Assembly: GCA_963733375.1 (NCBI GenBank) | Contig: CAVTDB010000026.1 | Coordinates: 416,001 to 480,000, forward strand | Direction: 5' to 3' | Length of the DNA stretch: 64,000 nucleotides | From: Nitrospirota bacterium | Lineage (GTDB): Bacteria > Nitrospirota > JACRHJ01 | Part shown: positions 9,848-20,230 of the stretch, piece after piece | Numbering within the stretch: the stretch's first letter is position 1 | How the letters are laid out: each line of letters opens with the position of its first letter | The notes under the pieces: generated by a model | Database searches by the model: none | Told to the model about the DNA's origin: nothing | Seen by the model: the letters and a program-made list of their open reading frames with translations, nothing else | Position numbers and translations under genes: made by a program

Positions 9848-10499
9848 ATGAAACTCAGGATAATATCAGCGGTTGTGCTCTTCTGTCTCTGCATTGCTTC
9901 TCCGGCGCTCTCGGCGGACGCAAAGGCAAAGCTGTCGTCCAACTCCGGCTTTCTTCTCCGCGGCACTGTCTACAAGCAGAGCGGCGCCGCAAGGAGCGGG
10001 GTAATTACCATCCGCACGAGTTGGAATTTGCCGGGTGCTTCGCCCATTTACAGGTACGATTTTGACATCCTTTACGGGAACACGGAAGGCAATCTGTACA
10101 GCTTCATGCTCTCGGACATCTCGGAGATAGAGTTCCTGCCGTTAGAGGGAAACAGGCAGCCGGTGAACGTGCTGCTCCGGAACGGCACGCTGCAAAAGGT
10201 AACGCTCTCGTCGAACGATAAATTTATTATGGGGACGATGAACCTGAAGCTGAGCGAAGTTGACGTCCTCACGGACACTTACGGGGATAACGTCATCTCC
10301 GGCGGCGATGTCCAGAAGATAGTTTTCTCCGCTTCCCCGGCAGTTCAGGACGAGTCCCTGAAGGACGTCGTCAAGCTCACTCGGCGACGCGCTTCAGGTC
10401 GGGGCGAGAGATGGACTGGTGGATGACGATTTTATGACCGTACTTCAGAAAATATATTCCAGGCTGAAGACAAAGGCCGATGAAAAAAGCGGAAAATAA
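9848..10499 (+). CDS. Exported hypothetical protein (indel near 10375)
   Basis: GGAGG RBS; signal peptide ending ALSA; an alternative frame continues LGDALQVGARDGLVDDDF..KSGK* up to the lolD start. Confidence 0.7.
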
Positions 10500-11183
10500 G
10501 TGACCGCTCCTTTGATTATATCAGTCCGCGGCCTGTCCAAATCATTCCGGATGGGGAATACGGAGGTCGCGGTCCTGAGAGGCATAGACCTGGATATCCC
10601 CAAAGGGGAAATGCTGTCCATCGTCGGGGCGTCGGGCGTCGGAAAGAGCACCCTGCTGCACGTTATCGGGGCGCTGGACAAGCCCACTTCCGGACAGGTC
10701 ATTTACGATGGCAGAGACGTATTCAGCATGTCCAACGGCGAATTGGCGACGTTCAGGAACAGGAATGTCGGGTTCGTATTCCAGTTCCACCACCTACTGC
10801 CGGAGTTTTCCGCTCTGGAAAACGTCCTCATCCCTTCCATGATAGGCGGCATGGAGCCTAAGGAGGCTAAACACCGGGCGGAAGCGCTGCTTGAGGAAGT
10901 AGGACTTTCCGGCCGGCTTACGCACAGGCCCGGAGAGCTCTCAGGCGGAGAGCAGCAGAGGGTGGCTATAGCGCGGGCGCTGATGTCCGAGCCAAAGGTG
11001 ATACTCGCGGACGAGCCCACGGGCAACCTGGATACGCATACGGCCCAGTCCGTCCACGAGCTTTTAAAAAGGCTCAATCGCGAGAAGGGTCTTACTTCAA
11101 TAATCGTAACCCACAACGAGAGGCTTGCCGAGATGGGCGACAGGACGGTCCGGATGGTGGACGGGCTTATATTTCGGCCTTAG
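10500..11183 (+). CDS. lolD: Lipoprotein-releasing ABC transporter ATPase
   Basis: [19 protein letters not shown] (LolD motif), [17 protein letters not shown]. Confidence 0.95.
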   Translation: MTAPLIISVRGLSKSFRMGNTEVAVLRGIDLDIPKGEMLSIVGASGVGKSTLLHVIGALDKPTSGQVIYDGRDVFSMSNGELATFRNRNVGFVFQFHHLLPEFSALENVLIPSMIGGMEPKEAKHRAEALLEEVGLSGRLTHRPGELSGGEQQRVAIARALMSEPKVILADEPTGNLDTHTAQSVHELLKRLNREKGLTSIIVTHNERLAEMGDRTVRMVDGLIFRP

Positions 11184-12858
11184 GCGCCTTTGCCAGTATT
11201 TCCTCAACCGTCGTCAACCCGGCGTTTACCTTATCGATCGCGTCTTCAAATAACGTCCTCATCCCATTCTCTCTCGCGGCTTTCCAGATATCTTCCTCGG
11301 AAGCCTTTTTAGCGACTAAATTCCTGATGCTTCTGTCCAGAGGCAGATATTCGAAAATCGCAATCTGGCCATGGTAACCCGTCCCGTAGCATTTGTGACA
11401 GCCAGTCCCGACAAAAGTCTTGCCAAGACCTTGAATACCTACCGCCGCATTATTTTTTTCCGGTTCCTCTTTCTTGCAGTAAGGGCAAATGCGGCGGACT
11501 AACCTCTGGGCGAGCACGCCGGTCAGTGAAGAGCCGACAAGGTATGCCGGTATTCCTATATCGATAAGCCTGGTGATGCTGGAAACCGTGTCGTTGGTGT
11601 GGAGCGTCGTCAGGACCAGATGCCCCGTAAGTGAAGATTTAACGGCTATGTCCGCCGTCTCCATGTCGCGTATCTCGCCCACCATTATTATATCGGGGTC
11701 CTGCCGGAGCACCGAGCGGAGCACATTCGGGAACGTGAGGCCGATGGCCTCGTTGATTCCCACCTGCGTCACGCCCGACAGGCGGTATTCCACAGGTTCC
11801 TCTATGGTTACCACGTTCTCCTTCTCCGAGCGCACCTGCTGGAGTATTGCATAGAGCGTCGTGGTCTTGCCGCTCCCGGTGGGGCCGGTGACCAGCAGGA
11901 AGCCCTGCGGCCGCGAAAGCGCATCCAGGAGAGGTTTCTTTATCCTGGCCGGAAAACCTATCTGGTCGAGCGAAATCAGCCCCTTGCTCTTATCCAGCAG
12001 GCGTATGACCACCTTCTCGCCGTAAAGCGACGGAAGGGTCGAGATGCGGAGGTCCACTTCGCGGTCGGACAGTTTCAGCTTGCTCGTCCCGTCCTGCGGG
12101 AGGCGGCGGTTCGTTATGTCCATGTCCGCGATTATCTTTATGCGCGAGATGACGTAGTCCTTTATCCGGCGTGGAATAGTCAGCGCCTCGCGGAGGTCCC
12201 CGTCCACCCGGTAGCGTACGGCGACGCTATCCTCCCGCGGCTCAATATGGATATCCGAAGCGCGCATCTTCACCGCCTCGACTATTATCATCGTCACGAG
12301 TTGTATTATCGGCGGGGTTTCACTTAGCTTGTAGAGCGACTGGATGTTCACGACCTTATCGTCTGCGCGGTCGCGCAGAAATTCAGCATCCTCGTAAGAT
12401 TTTATCGAGTTCATCAGATGAAAGACCTTTTCCTTCACCTGATAATGTTTATCAATGCAGTCGATGATGCTTTTTTCAGTCGCGACTGCGGGACGGATTT
12501 CGCACCCGGTCTTGAACCTTATCTCCTCGATCGTCTGATAATCCAGCGGGTCCACCATCGCAAGCGTCAGCTTCCGCCCTTCTAAACGCACCGGGAAAAT
12601 TTTTTTTCTCTCGGCGTCCTCCTGCGATACCAGGTTCAGCGCTTCGTGGTCAACTTCCACGGACTGCAAATCTATTGAAGGAATTTTAAGCTGAAGGGCG
12701 AGTGCATTGACGAGGCTCTTTTCGCTTACAAAGCCGAAATCGGCCAGGACCCTTCCGATTTTTGCATTCCCGGTCTTCTGGAATAAAAGAGCCTTTTGCA
12801 GGTTTTCCGGGGAGAGCGAACTTTCCTCTACCAGCATTTCACCAAGGCGTTTTCGCAT
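11167..12858 (-). CDS. Type IV pilus/T2SS assembly ATPase (PilB/GspE family) with N-terminal MshEN-like domain
   Basis: [54 protein letters not shown]. Confidence 0.92.
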   Translation of the reverse strand: MRKRLGEMLVEESSLSPENLQKALLFQKTGNAKIGRVLADFGFVSEKSLVNALALQLKIPSIDLQSVEVDHEALNLVSQEDAERKKIFPVRLEGRKLTLAMVDPLDYQTIEEIRFKTGCEIRPAVATEKSIIDCIDKHYQVKEKVFHLMNSIKSYEDAEFLRDRADDKVVNIQSLYKLSETPPIIQLVTMIIVEAVKMRASDIHIEPREDSVAVRYRVDGDLREALTIPRRIKDYVISRIKIIADMDITNRRLPQDGTSKLKLSDREVDLRISTLPSLYGEKVVIRLLDKSKGLISLDQIGFPARIKKPLLDALSRPQGFLLVTGPTGSGKTTTLYAILQQVRSEKENVVTIEEPVEYRLSGVTQVGINEAIGLTFPNVLRSVLRQDPDIIMVGEIRDMETADIAVKSSLTGHLVLTTLHTNDTVSSITRLIDIGIPAYLVGSSLTGVLAQRLVRRICPYCKKEEPEKNNAAVGIQGLGKTFVGTGCHKCYGTGYHGQIAIFEYLPLDRSIRNLVAKKASEEDIWKAARENGMRTLFEDAIDKVNAGLTTVEEILAKAPKAEI

Positions 12859-12905
12859 ATTAACCCCGTTATTTTACGATAGCGGGACAGTTTAAAAGTT
12901 TTTGG

Positions 12906-12931
12906 CGTTACCTTTTTCCAAAAAGGTAACG
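12906..12931. repeat. Perfect 12-bp inverted repeat upstream of the pilB-like gene
   Basis: CGTTACCTTTTT-CC-AAAAAGGTAACG. Confidence 0.85.
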
Positions 12932-12985
12932 GTTTTCTGATTTTTACTGTATTTCTTTGAAGTTACAGGACTGCTGTGGGAAGGA

Positions 12986-13825
12986 CTAATTTTCTCGCTT
13001 GCAGATCTTCGCTATCCTCTCCGCCGCGTCAGAGATATCGGAGGGCATTCCAACATCCAGCCCTTTCTCCTGAAGCTCTTTAAAAAGCTCTATCAGGATA
13101 GGAAAATCGAGTCTGGCATGTTTGTAATAGTCCGTGCGGGCGAAAAGGTCCGCCGGCGTGTCGCGAACCATTATCCTGCCCCCCTCCCCCAGCACGTATA
13201 CCGAGTCCGCCATCTGGCTGACGATATTTATATCGTGTGTTGACATAATGATCGCCATGCCCCATTTCTTATTCAGCCGGTTAAGAAGCGCGGCCAGCTC
13301 TTTACGCGACATCGGGTCGAGCCCCTCGAAAGGTTCATCGAGCACAAGTAGTTCGGGCTTCAGTACCAGGGCTCCCGCAAGCGCGACTTTTCTCTTCTCG
13401 CCGCCGCTTAAGTAATGACAGACCTTCTTGCGGATATTATTTATTCCAAGTTCGCTTAACGCCTCTTCCACAAGGTGCTCTATCCCATGCTCGGGATACC
13501 CGTAATTCCTGGGAGCGAACGAGACGTCGTCTTCAACCGTGGGCGCGATAAGCTGGTCGTCCACGTCCTGGAGCACCACGCCTATCTTCTCTCTTATTTT
13601 ATCATAGTTCTTGGAAGGGTCATGTCCGAAGACCTTGATGTCTCCCTTGTCTGCCTTGAGAAGCCCCAGAATGTGGAAAAGCAGGGTAGTTTTCCCGCTT
13701 CCGTTCGGGCCGATTATAACGACTCTCTCCCCTTTCCGGACGACAAAATCAAGCCCGCAGAGATAAACTTCGGTAGAATCGGGATAAATGTGTCTCAGAC
13801 AGCTTATACGGACGATCTCTTCCAA
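12986..13825 (-). CDS. cbiO: ECF Co/Ni transporter ATPase (CbiO/NikO)
   Basis: GPNGSGKTT, QDVDDQL, LSGGEKRK, LDEP. Confidence 0.85.
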   Translation of the reverse strand: MEEIVRISCLRHIYPDSTEVYLCGLDFVVRKGERVVIIGPNGSGKTTLLFHILGLLKADKGDIKVFGHDPSKNYDKIREKIGVVLQDVDDQLIAPTVEDDVSFAPRNYGYPEHGIEHLVEEALSELGINNIRKKVCHYLSGGEKRKVALAGALVLKPELLVLDEPFEGLDPMSRKELAALLNRLNKKWGMAIIMSTHDINIVSQMADSVYVLGEGGRIMVRDTPADLFARTDYYKHARLDFPILIELFKELQEKGLDVGMPSDISDAAERIAKICKREN

Positions 13826-14610
13826 ATCCTGAGCGCCTCCGTGAATATAAAATAAACGGCTACCAAACTGATTATATAAAGCCCGCCCCCGAAATGGCTG
13901 CCTCTGAATATGACAGAAAGGGCCAGAATCGCGGCCGCGGCAATCATGAACGGCAGGTCCGTTACTTCGATCGGCCCCACCTTTCTTCTGATGCCCAGTT
14001 CTCCGCTGTAACCCCTTATAGACATGACGTCGTAGAGCCTTTGACTCTTATCGTACGCCCTGATGAATAAAAAGCCCAGCCCGGAGGCCATGTTACGCGC
14101 GTTTTTCATAACCTTCCTCGGCTCAAAACCTCCGCGCAGCCGAAGCGCTGTCATGAAATTGCCCGCGAGTCCCAGCAGGATGAAAAAAGACCTGTACGTC
14201 ATGAAAAGACCGTCGTAAACCACCTGCGGCATGGCCCTGCCCAGAAGACCCACCACCTCCGCATACGGCGTCGTGGATATAAGCAGTATCATGGCCGTGG
14301 CGGCCGTCATGGCCTTGACTATTATAAGCACGGGATAGTCCAGCCCCCTGCCCGCCTGGCTCACGGCATACAGTATGGCGAAAAGCCCTGGAAATACCGA
14401 GATGGCCAGGATCATCCGCATCGGCAGACGGGCCGCGCGCACCGTTACCAGCACTATGGCGTAAACCCCTAAAAGCGCCTCGATATCGTCCGTGACAACC
14501 ACTGCGGCAATCAAAAAGCCCGTGGCCAGCATCTTCGAAATAACCGAGGATTTATGGACCGGGCTAATAGTGCAGTTAGCCCAGTAGTCTATGCGAGAAA
14601 TATCGAGCAA
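13804..14610 (-). CDS. cbiQ: ECF transporter T component (CbiQ/NikQ)
   Basis: Multiple TM segments, LRLRG and SIRG coupling motifs, position between M and O. Confidence 0.82.
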   Translation of the reverse strand: MLDISRIDYWANCTISPVHKSSVISKMLATGFLIAAVVVTDDIEALLGVYAIVLVTVRAARLPMRMILAISVFPGLFAILYAVSQAGRGLDYPVLIIVKAMTAATAMILLISTTPYAEVVGLLGRAMPQVVYDGLFMTYRSFFILLGLAGNFMTALRLRGGFEPRKVMKNARNMASGLGFLFIRAYDKSQRLYDVMSIRGYSGELGIRRKVGPIEVTDLPFMIAAAAILALSVIFRGSHFGGGLYIISLVAVYFIFTEALRIWKRSSV

Positions 14611-14616
14611 GTTACC

Positions 14617-15322
14617 TTAAGCCCCGCCGATAATTTCCGGCTTCACCTTTGAGATGAATTTTATAGCCAGTGAGGTGACAATCGCCTCAATCGTCCAGCC
14701 TATGAAACCAAGACCGAATGCGGCTATAGCGAACAAGCGGAAGTTAAATCCCTGCCTCAGACTGAAAAGCTCCAGGAGTTTTGCGGCGGTAGGCGTCTCC
14801 AGGATGTCGCGGACCTCTGCCATGCCCTGAGAGCTCAAATGCACGTTGGCGATGAATACTATGAAAAGCATTAAACAGGTGGAGATAAAAAGGGTTATAT
14901 AAGTGGTTATCAAGGCGGAAGCGCCAGGGTTTACGACCTTCCTGAGGGCATTGAACATCAGCCATCCAAGCACCCCTTCCGACCCGATTATTATGGTGTT
15001 CAGGCCGACAGTAGTCACCCCGCCGTGCCCTACCAGGGAGAGTATGAAATTTACCATGAACGCGGCTACGATAGCCAGCCAGGGGCCCAGGATGACGCCG
15101 GTTATAACGGAGAGGTTCACATGATAGGCTATTGGAACTATCTCAAGGCTCATCCCGACCAGCATCATGGCGGACATCATGCCCAGAAGGGGCACCTTTT
15201 TTTTAAGGTCCATCCGTCTCGTCATAAACAGTGAAAAAGAGACCATAGCGCCCTGCGATAATAAGACCGGTAAGCCATAACCATACCGGCAGAACCCCAT
15301 CCGGTACATGCAGATGGGACAT
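14617..15322 (-). CDS. cbiM: ECF S component (CbiM/NikM), indel near 15255
   Basis: Manual N-terminus MSHLHVPDGVLP from ATG at 15322 (TGATG overlap with the upstream gene); YHVNL and GHGGVTTVGLN motifs. Confidence 0.85.
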
Positions 15323-15708
15323 CAGGGCCTTCCTTTAAAGAAATGGAACTCGGCATCGAACAGGATGGATATGAACCAGCTGACAAGGCTTATGACAAGC
15401 GCTCCCCAAAAAGCCGCCCAGAACCCTTCCACGGCAAATCCGGCCACCGCCCATGCGACAAGCTTCAGCATCAGGGCGTTTATTACGAGCGTGAATAGCC
15501 CCAGCGTCAGGATACTCAGCGGCAGTGTCAATATTATCAGGACCGGCCTGATGAAGGCGTTTACTATTCCCAGTAGTGCGGCGGCTATCACGCCCGACCA
15601 GAAGTCCGCGATGTGGATGCCGTGGACCAGATAACCGGCCGCGAAGACCGCAAGGGAGTTAATAAGCCATTTTATTAATAGCTTGGGTATCATTTTTGGC
15701 CCTGGCAT
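15322..15708 (-). CDS. 4-TM phage holin family / YvlD-like membrane protein
   Basis: GIVNAFIRPVL..LTLPLSILTLGLFTLVINALML..GFWAAFWGAL. Confidence 0.85.
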   Translation of the reverse strand: MPGPKMIPKLLIKWLINSLAVFAAGYLVHGIHIADFWSGVIAAALLGIVNAFIRPVLIILTLPLSILTLGLFTLVINALMLKLVAWAVAGFAVEGFWAAFWGALVISLVSWFISILFDAEFHFFKGRP

Positions 15709-15717
15709 CAGGCGGAT

Positions 15718-16170
15718 TTATTTTTCCACCCTTGACATTAGATAATAGGAAAAAACCAGGACAAGCACTATTGCGGTGCTGACGCCAAGCTCCGCCATCG
15801 GATAGTAGTCCGTGTGCCTGTCCATGGACATCTGCGCCTCCACCATCAATATACGCCTGAGGCTGGAAATAATGCCTATCGCCAGGAAGGGCTTCAGCGA
15901 GAACTCCTGGCGTTTCAGGTACCTGATGACCGTCCAGAGGAGCTCCATTACGATCAGTACGAACAGGACGTCGTTTATGACCAGGAGTATCGAGTTGACG
16001 TTTATGGAGGCGAAGTTCGTCGCCGTGAACACCAGCATGAACACCGCGGCGAGAAGGAGCGCCACGGCCACCAGCACGTGCACCGCATCGTCCGCGAATA
16101 TCAATGCCTTTCGTATCTTGCATATCAACGCCGGGGTAGTCCTGTGCCCGTTTTCGTGTTCCTTGACCAT
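15718..16170 (-). CDS. PsiE-like (phosphate-starvation-inducible) membrane protein
   Basis: LFVLIVMELL..PFLAIGIISSLRRIL pattern; GGAGG before ATG at 16170. Confidence 0.75.
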   Translation of the reverse strand: MVKEHENGHRTTPALICKIRKALIFADDAVHVLVAVALLLAAVFMLVFTATNFASINVNSILLVINDVLFVLIVMELLWTVIRYLKRQEFSLKPFLAIGIISSLRRILMVEAQMSMDRHTDYYPMAELGVSTAIVLVLVFSYYLMSRVEK

Positions 16171-16243
16171 CAAGGCCTCCGCCCGTAAAACTTGTCCATT
16201 AAAATGGGAAATATAGCACGGGAAGGTATCTGTGACAATTAAA

Positions 16244-16272
16244 ATAATACCAAAGTAACACTCTCTCTGCAA
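16244..16272 (-). promoter_or_regulatory. Putative sigma70 promoter of the psiE-holin-cbiMQO unit
   Basis: TTGCAG-17 nt-TATTAT with extended TG. Confidence 0.5.
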
Positions 16273-16288
16273 GCGCCTCCCGGATTTC

Positions 16289-16317
16289 TTGACTAACGCT
16301 TCAAATTAAAATATCAT
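16289..16317 (+). promoter_or_regulatory. Sigma70 promoter of queD-pmbA
   Basis: TTGACT-17 nt-TATCAT. Confidence 0.6.
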
Positions 16318-16357
16318 TAAGGGGTTTACTGATTCCAAACAATCCGAGAGGAACGCA

Positions 16358-16726
16358 ATGTACGAACTGATGATCGAGACGAAATTCGCGGCCGCCCACC
16401 AGCTCCGGAACTACGGAGGCAGGTGCGAGAGGCTCCACGGCCACAACTGGAAAGTGGTCGTGTACGTAGTCGCGGAGAATTTAAACGAAATAGGACTGGC
16501 GATGGATTTCAAGGAGTTGAAAGACCATACCAACGACCTGCTTTCCTCCGTCGAGCATGCCTTTTTAAACGACGTCTTCCCGTTCACGGAGATTAACCCG
16601 TCATCCGAAAATATAGCGAAATGGATATACGACAGCTTATCCAAAAAAGTAAACACCGACAACGTGCAGGTGTCGATGGTGACCGTCTGGGAGTCTGACA
16701 CCGCCTCCGCCAACTACTATGAATAA
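16358..16726 (+). CDS. queD: 6-carboxytetrahydropterin synthase
   Basis: FAAAH, CERLHGHNW, NPSSENIA, VWES. Confidence 0.93.
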   Translation: MYELMIETKFAAAHQLRNYGGRCERLHGHNWKVVVYVVAENLNEIGLAMDFKELKDHTNDLLSSVEHAFLNDVFPFTEINPSSENIAKWIYDSLSKKVNTDNVQVSMVTVWESDTASANYYE

Positions 16727-18083
16727 AATGGACATAGACGACAAAGCTATTTTAAATATTGCCGAAGACGCCGCGGAAATTCTGCGTGAAAAAAGCGTGG
16801 ACAGCTTCGACGTTTATGTGCGCTGGAGCTCTTCTATCAGCGCTGAAGCGAAGGAGCAGAAGCTGGATGCCTTCGAGCAGGCCCAGACCTGGGGCGTGGG
16901 GATAAGGGCGCTTCTGCCGGGAGGCCGGCTCGGTTTCGCATTCGCCACCGGCTCGCCCGAGGCCGTGCGCGAGGCGGCTTCGATGGCCGTCCAGAACGCG
17001 CGTAACTCGGAGCCGGACGATTCAAACACCATACCCCTCCCATCCCGTGATGCATTCCCGGAAATAATGGAATATGACGAAGATGTCGCCAAAGTCACCG
17101 CGGATGAGGCGATAGCCCGCGCGGTTGAACTGGAAAAGGCGGCCCTGGATTATGACCGCAGGATAACCAAGGTGCGCAAGGCTTCATCGTCATTCAGCGA
17201 ATCCCGCTGGGCCATACTCAGCTCGGAGGGCCTGAAGGCGCAGTCGCGCGGAACATGGCTTTCATGCGGGGTAATGACCGTCGCGGAAGAGGATAACGAC
17301 TCCCAGATGGGATACGGGTTCGATTACTCACGGCGGCTCTCCGGAATCGATTATTTATCTGCCGGGGCGGAGGCCGGAGAGAAGGCGGTCAGCCTTTTGA
17401 AGGCCAAGAAAGCGCCGACTGGAAATTTCCCGGTAATCCTGGAGAACGAGGTCGCGGCGGAATTCCTGGGGGTGCTTGCTTCGTCATTTTCAGGCGAGGC
17501 GCTTGTAAAGGGCCGATCGCTTCTGGCTGACAAGACCGGACAGAAAATATTTTCGGAAATCCTGAATATCTACGACGATGCCACCCTCCCCGGCGGGCTT
17601 TCCACCCGCCCGTTCGATGACGAGGGAGTCTATTCCAGAAGGATTCCTTTAGTGCAGAACGGCATGTTCCAGGGGTTCCTGCATAACTCTTATACCGCTA
17701 AAAGGACCGGTACCGCCTCCACGGGCAACGCGGTAAGGGCGGGTTTCCGCTCGGCCCCCGGCGTCAGCCCCACAAATTTATACATCGATAAGGGCGGCCT
17801 CGACAAGGAAAGCCTGATTGGCCGGGTGGACAAGGGGCTATTGGTCCGGGAAGTGCTGGGGATGCACACGGCGAACCCGATATCCGGCGATTTCTCCGTA
17901 GGCATCGCGGGGTTATGGATAGAAGGCGGGAAGGTTGCCTACCCTGTCCGTGAAGGCGCCATCGCCGGGAATCTCATCTCGATTTTTTCAGGTATCGATG
18001 CGGTAGGAAGCGATTTGCGGTTCGTCGGCAGGCTGGGCGCGCCGTCGCTACTGCTTAAGCCCATCTCCGTCAGCGGGAGCTGA
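16719..18083 (+). CDS. pmbA: TldD/PmbA family protein (PmbA/TldE type)
   Basis: PFDDEG, STGNA, NPISGDFS; no HExxxH motif. Confidence 0.88.
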   Translation: MNKMDIDDKAILNIAEDAAEILREKSVDSFDVYVRWSSSISAEAKEQKLDAFEQAQTWGVGIRALLPGGRLGFAFATGSPEAVREAASMAVQNARNSEPDDSNTIPLPSRDAFPEIMEYDEDVAKVTADEAIARAVELEKAALDYDRRITKVRKASSSFSESRWAILSSEGLKAQSRGTWLSCGVMTVAEEDNDSQMGYGFDYSRRLSGIDYLSAGAEAGEKAVSLLKAKKAPTGNFPVILENEVAAEFLGVLASSFSGEALVKGRSLLADKTGQKIFSEILNIYDDATLPGGLSTRPFDDEGVYSRRIPLVQNGMFQGFLHNSYTAKRTGTASTGNAVRAGFRSAPGVSPTNLYIDKGGLDKESLIGRVDKGLLVREVLGMHTANPISGDFSVGIAGLWIEGGKVAYPVREGAIAGNLISIFSGIDAVGSDLRFVGRLGAPSLLLKPISVSGS

Positions 18084-19340
18084 TTTTCTCGTAGAGTTCT
18101 TCATCCGCGCCAACACCTGCGCCTTCCCGTCTTTGAATGCCGCCCATACGCGCTCTCTGCGGAAATAAAGCGTAATTATCGACCCGAACATGACGATGCA
18201 GGAGGCGATAAGGGCGATCAGGGCGCTCGGGTCGCGGTTAATGTCGAAGGTGATGTATGAAAACGTATCAAGGTCCGCGAACTTGACATCCACGTCAGGG
18301 TCCCGAAGCGTATTACTCTCCGGCATCCTCAGGAAAATCCAGCCGGAGCTTCTTGGTTTTCCGTTCTCCATCACGGTCAGCATGAGCGCCGGGTTCGCCA
18401 GGTCATCCGATTGAGAATAGGGCACACCATTTTCGTCCACCGCAAAATCATTTATGAAACGGTCGATGCGAAGCCCGTACGGAGTCCCCTGGAGTTCGGC
18501 GTAATAGGCTCCTTTTGGAATTTTTAAGTACCCGCCGGTCTTGAAGGATTTCAGCGATACCTGAAGGATGATGCCTTTAAAATCCTGCCCCAACTCACGC
18601 TGGTATATCGCCCCGCCGCCCGCGAACATCGGCCTGTTCGCTCCGGCGAAGCCATTTTTTATCACGCTGCCGTCGTCCTTTAATGCGGTCAGTTCGCTTC
18701 CGTAGTCCTTGAGGCTTCCGTCACTGCGATAATCCATGCGCACCTTGTCCAGCCGGATATAATAATCTCCTTCCGGGGCCTTCACCGTCTCTCCCTCGTT
18801 TATCCTGATGCCGGAATGCCTGTACCCCGTCAGGCCGCTCACCAGATGCGCTACCAGAAACAGCAGTACGCCTGCATGCACGACATACGGGATAAACGGG
18901 AGCCAGCGGTTCTTTTCCGCGAAAAGGAGGTTGTCTTTGGCGAAGACTTTATACCTTTCCTTCGAAAGCATTGCCGATAACGCCGCCTCCGAAAGCTCCA
19001 CCGCGATTCCTTTTTCTCCGCCCGTCTCGATTTCACGGAGGTTGGATAGCGGCTCCTTGTATCTTTTTATGACCTTGGGCAGGCGCAGGACGGTGCAGGC
19101 GAAGGTGTTTATTCCGAAAAGTATTGCGATGAAGACCAGCAGGAAGAGCCACCAGGACTGGGAGAGGTGTTGAAGACCCACGGAAAAAAGAAACGGGAAG
19201 AACAGATGCATATCCATATCCCCGTAAATCTGGGGATGGAGATATATAACGAAGGAGCCGTACATGGCGACGGCGGTCATCGCCAGCACGAGGTAGACCG
19301 TGAGCTTAAGCGAGTTAAAGAATTCCCATAGCTTACTCAA
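18048..19340 (-). CDS. resB: Cytochrome c biogenesis protein ResB/CcsB
   Basis: FNSLKL N-terminus, SWWL..NTFACT, VVH TM His, NRDP before the last TM. Confidence 0.85.
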   Translation of the reverse strand: MSKLWEFFNSLKLTVYLVLAMTAVAMYGSFVIYLHPQIYGDMDMHLFFPFLFSVGLQHLSQSWWLFLLVFIAILFGINTFACTVLRLPKVIKRYKEPLSNLREIETGGEKGIAVELSEAALSAMLSKERYKVFAKDNLLFAEKNRWLPFIPYVVHAGVLLFLVAHLVSGLTGYRHSGIRINEGETVKAPEGDYYIRLDKVRMDYRSDGSLKDYGSELTALKDDGSVIKNGFAGANRPMFAGGGAIYQRELGQDFKGIILQVSLKSFKTGGYLKIPKGAYYAELQGTPYGLRIDRFINDFAVDENGVPYSQSDDLANPALMLTVMENGKPRSSGWIFLRMPESNTLRDPDVDVKFADLDTFSYITFDINRDPSALIALIASCIVMFGSIITLYFRRERVWAAFKDGKAQVLARMKNSTRKSAPADGDGLKQ

Positions 19341-19352
19341 AGACCGCGCCCC

Positions 19353-20132
19353 TTAAAGCTGGTGAGTGTTCTTCATGAAAATGCCCACGCCGATGTATGT
19401 GAACATGGTGATGGCGAACCCCAGGATGGAAAGCCATGCGACCCCCCTGCCCCGGAGTTTCTTTACGTAAAAGGAGTGCAGGAAACCGGCATAAAAAATC
19501 CATATAAGGAACGACCACATCTCCTTCACCTTCCAGAGCCAGTAGGTCCCCCAGGCGAGGTATGCCCAGATGCCGCCTATTACCATGGATATAGTGAACA
19601 GGATGTAGCCGTAGTAAGCCGTGCGGAAGATAAGTTTTTCCAGCCGTCTTCCGGCCTCCGCCTTCGAGACGAGGTAGAGCACCGCGCCAGCGAACGAAGC
19701 CCCGAAAAAAGCATATCCCACGAAAGCCGAACCGACATGGGTGGAGAACATCCAGGTATCGAGGGCGGGATACAGAGGCGTAATCTCGCTGGGAGAAATG
19801 CGTACCAGGACCATCACCAGCGAAGCTAAGGGGAGGAGAAAATACCCGACGCGGAACTCCTTATAGCGGATTCTGACATACCAGTAAACGAAGCCGATGG
19901 ACCACGCAAAGGAGGCAAGGGATTCATACCTGTTGGCCATCGGCGCATGGCCGGACTTTATACTGCGGGCGGCAAGCGATACAGTCATCGCCAACAGGTA
20001 CAAAAACGCCAGCGCCTCGGCAACCAGAAGGACCGGCTTCTTTGCCATAGCCAGCCGTAACAGGAATGCCAGCGCCGCGCCTATTGATAACCACAGGGCC
20101 GCCTCCCGCGCGAATGGCTCAAGGTCAAACAT
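19353..20132 (-). CDS. ccsA: Cytochrome c biogenesis protein CcsA/ResC
   Basis: GHAP..YES, THV, GGIWAYLAWGTYWLWKVKE WWD-like domain, LH and a terminal H. Confidence 0.88.
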   Translation of the reverse strand: MFDLEPFAREAALWLSIGAALAFLLRLAMAKKPVLLVAEALAFLYLLAMTVSLAARSIKSGHAPMANRYESLASFAWSIGFVYWYVRIRYKEFRVGYFLLPLASLVMVLVRISPSEITPLYPALDTWMFSTHVGSAFVGYAFFGASFAGAVLYLVSKAEAGRRLEKLIFRTAYYGYILFTISMVIGGIWAYLAWGTYWLWKVKEMWSFLIWIFYAGFLHSFYVKKLRGRGVAWLSILGFAITMFTYIGVGIFMKNTHQL

Positions 20133-20230
20133 GCGCTTCCATGAAAGTCCCTTGAATGATTGATTCAGCAATTGATTTTGACCTTGGAAAATATTAATAC
20201 AGAAGGGGAAATTATTCAAGAGAAAACGAG

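Noticed and set aside
15322-15708. Holin-family gene as evidence of a prophage
   Set aside because: The YvlD-type family is commonly chromosomal, and no endolysin, integrase or structural genes are nearby
20140-20200. FNR-like site upstream of ccsA
   Set aside because: TTGAT half-sites are present but no TTGAT-N4-ATCAA; only a weak TGAAT-N5-ATTCA palindrome
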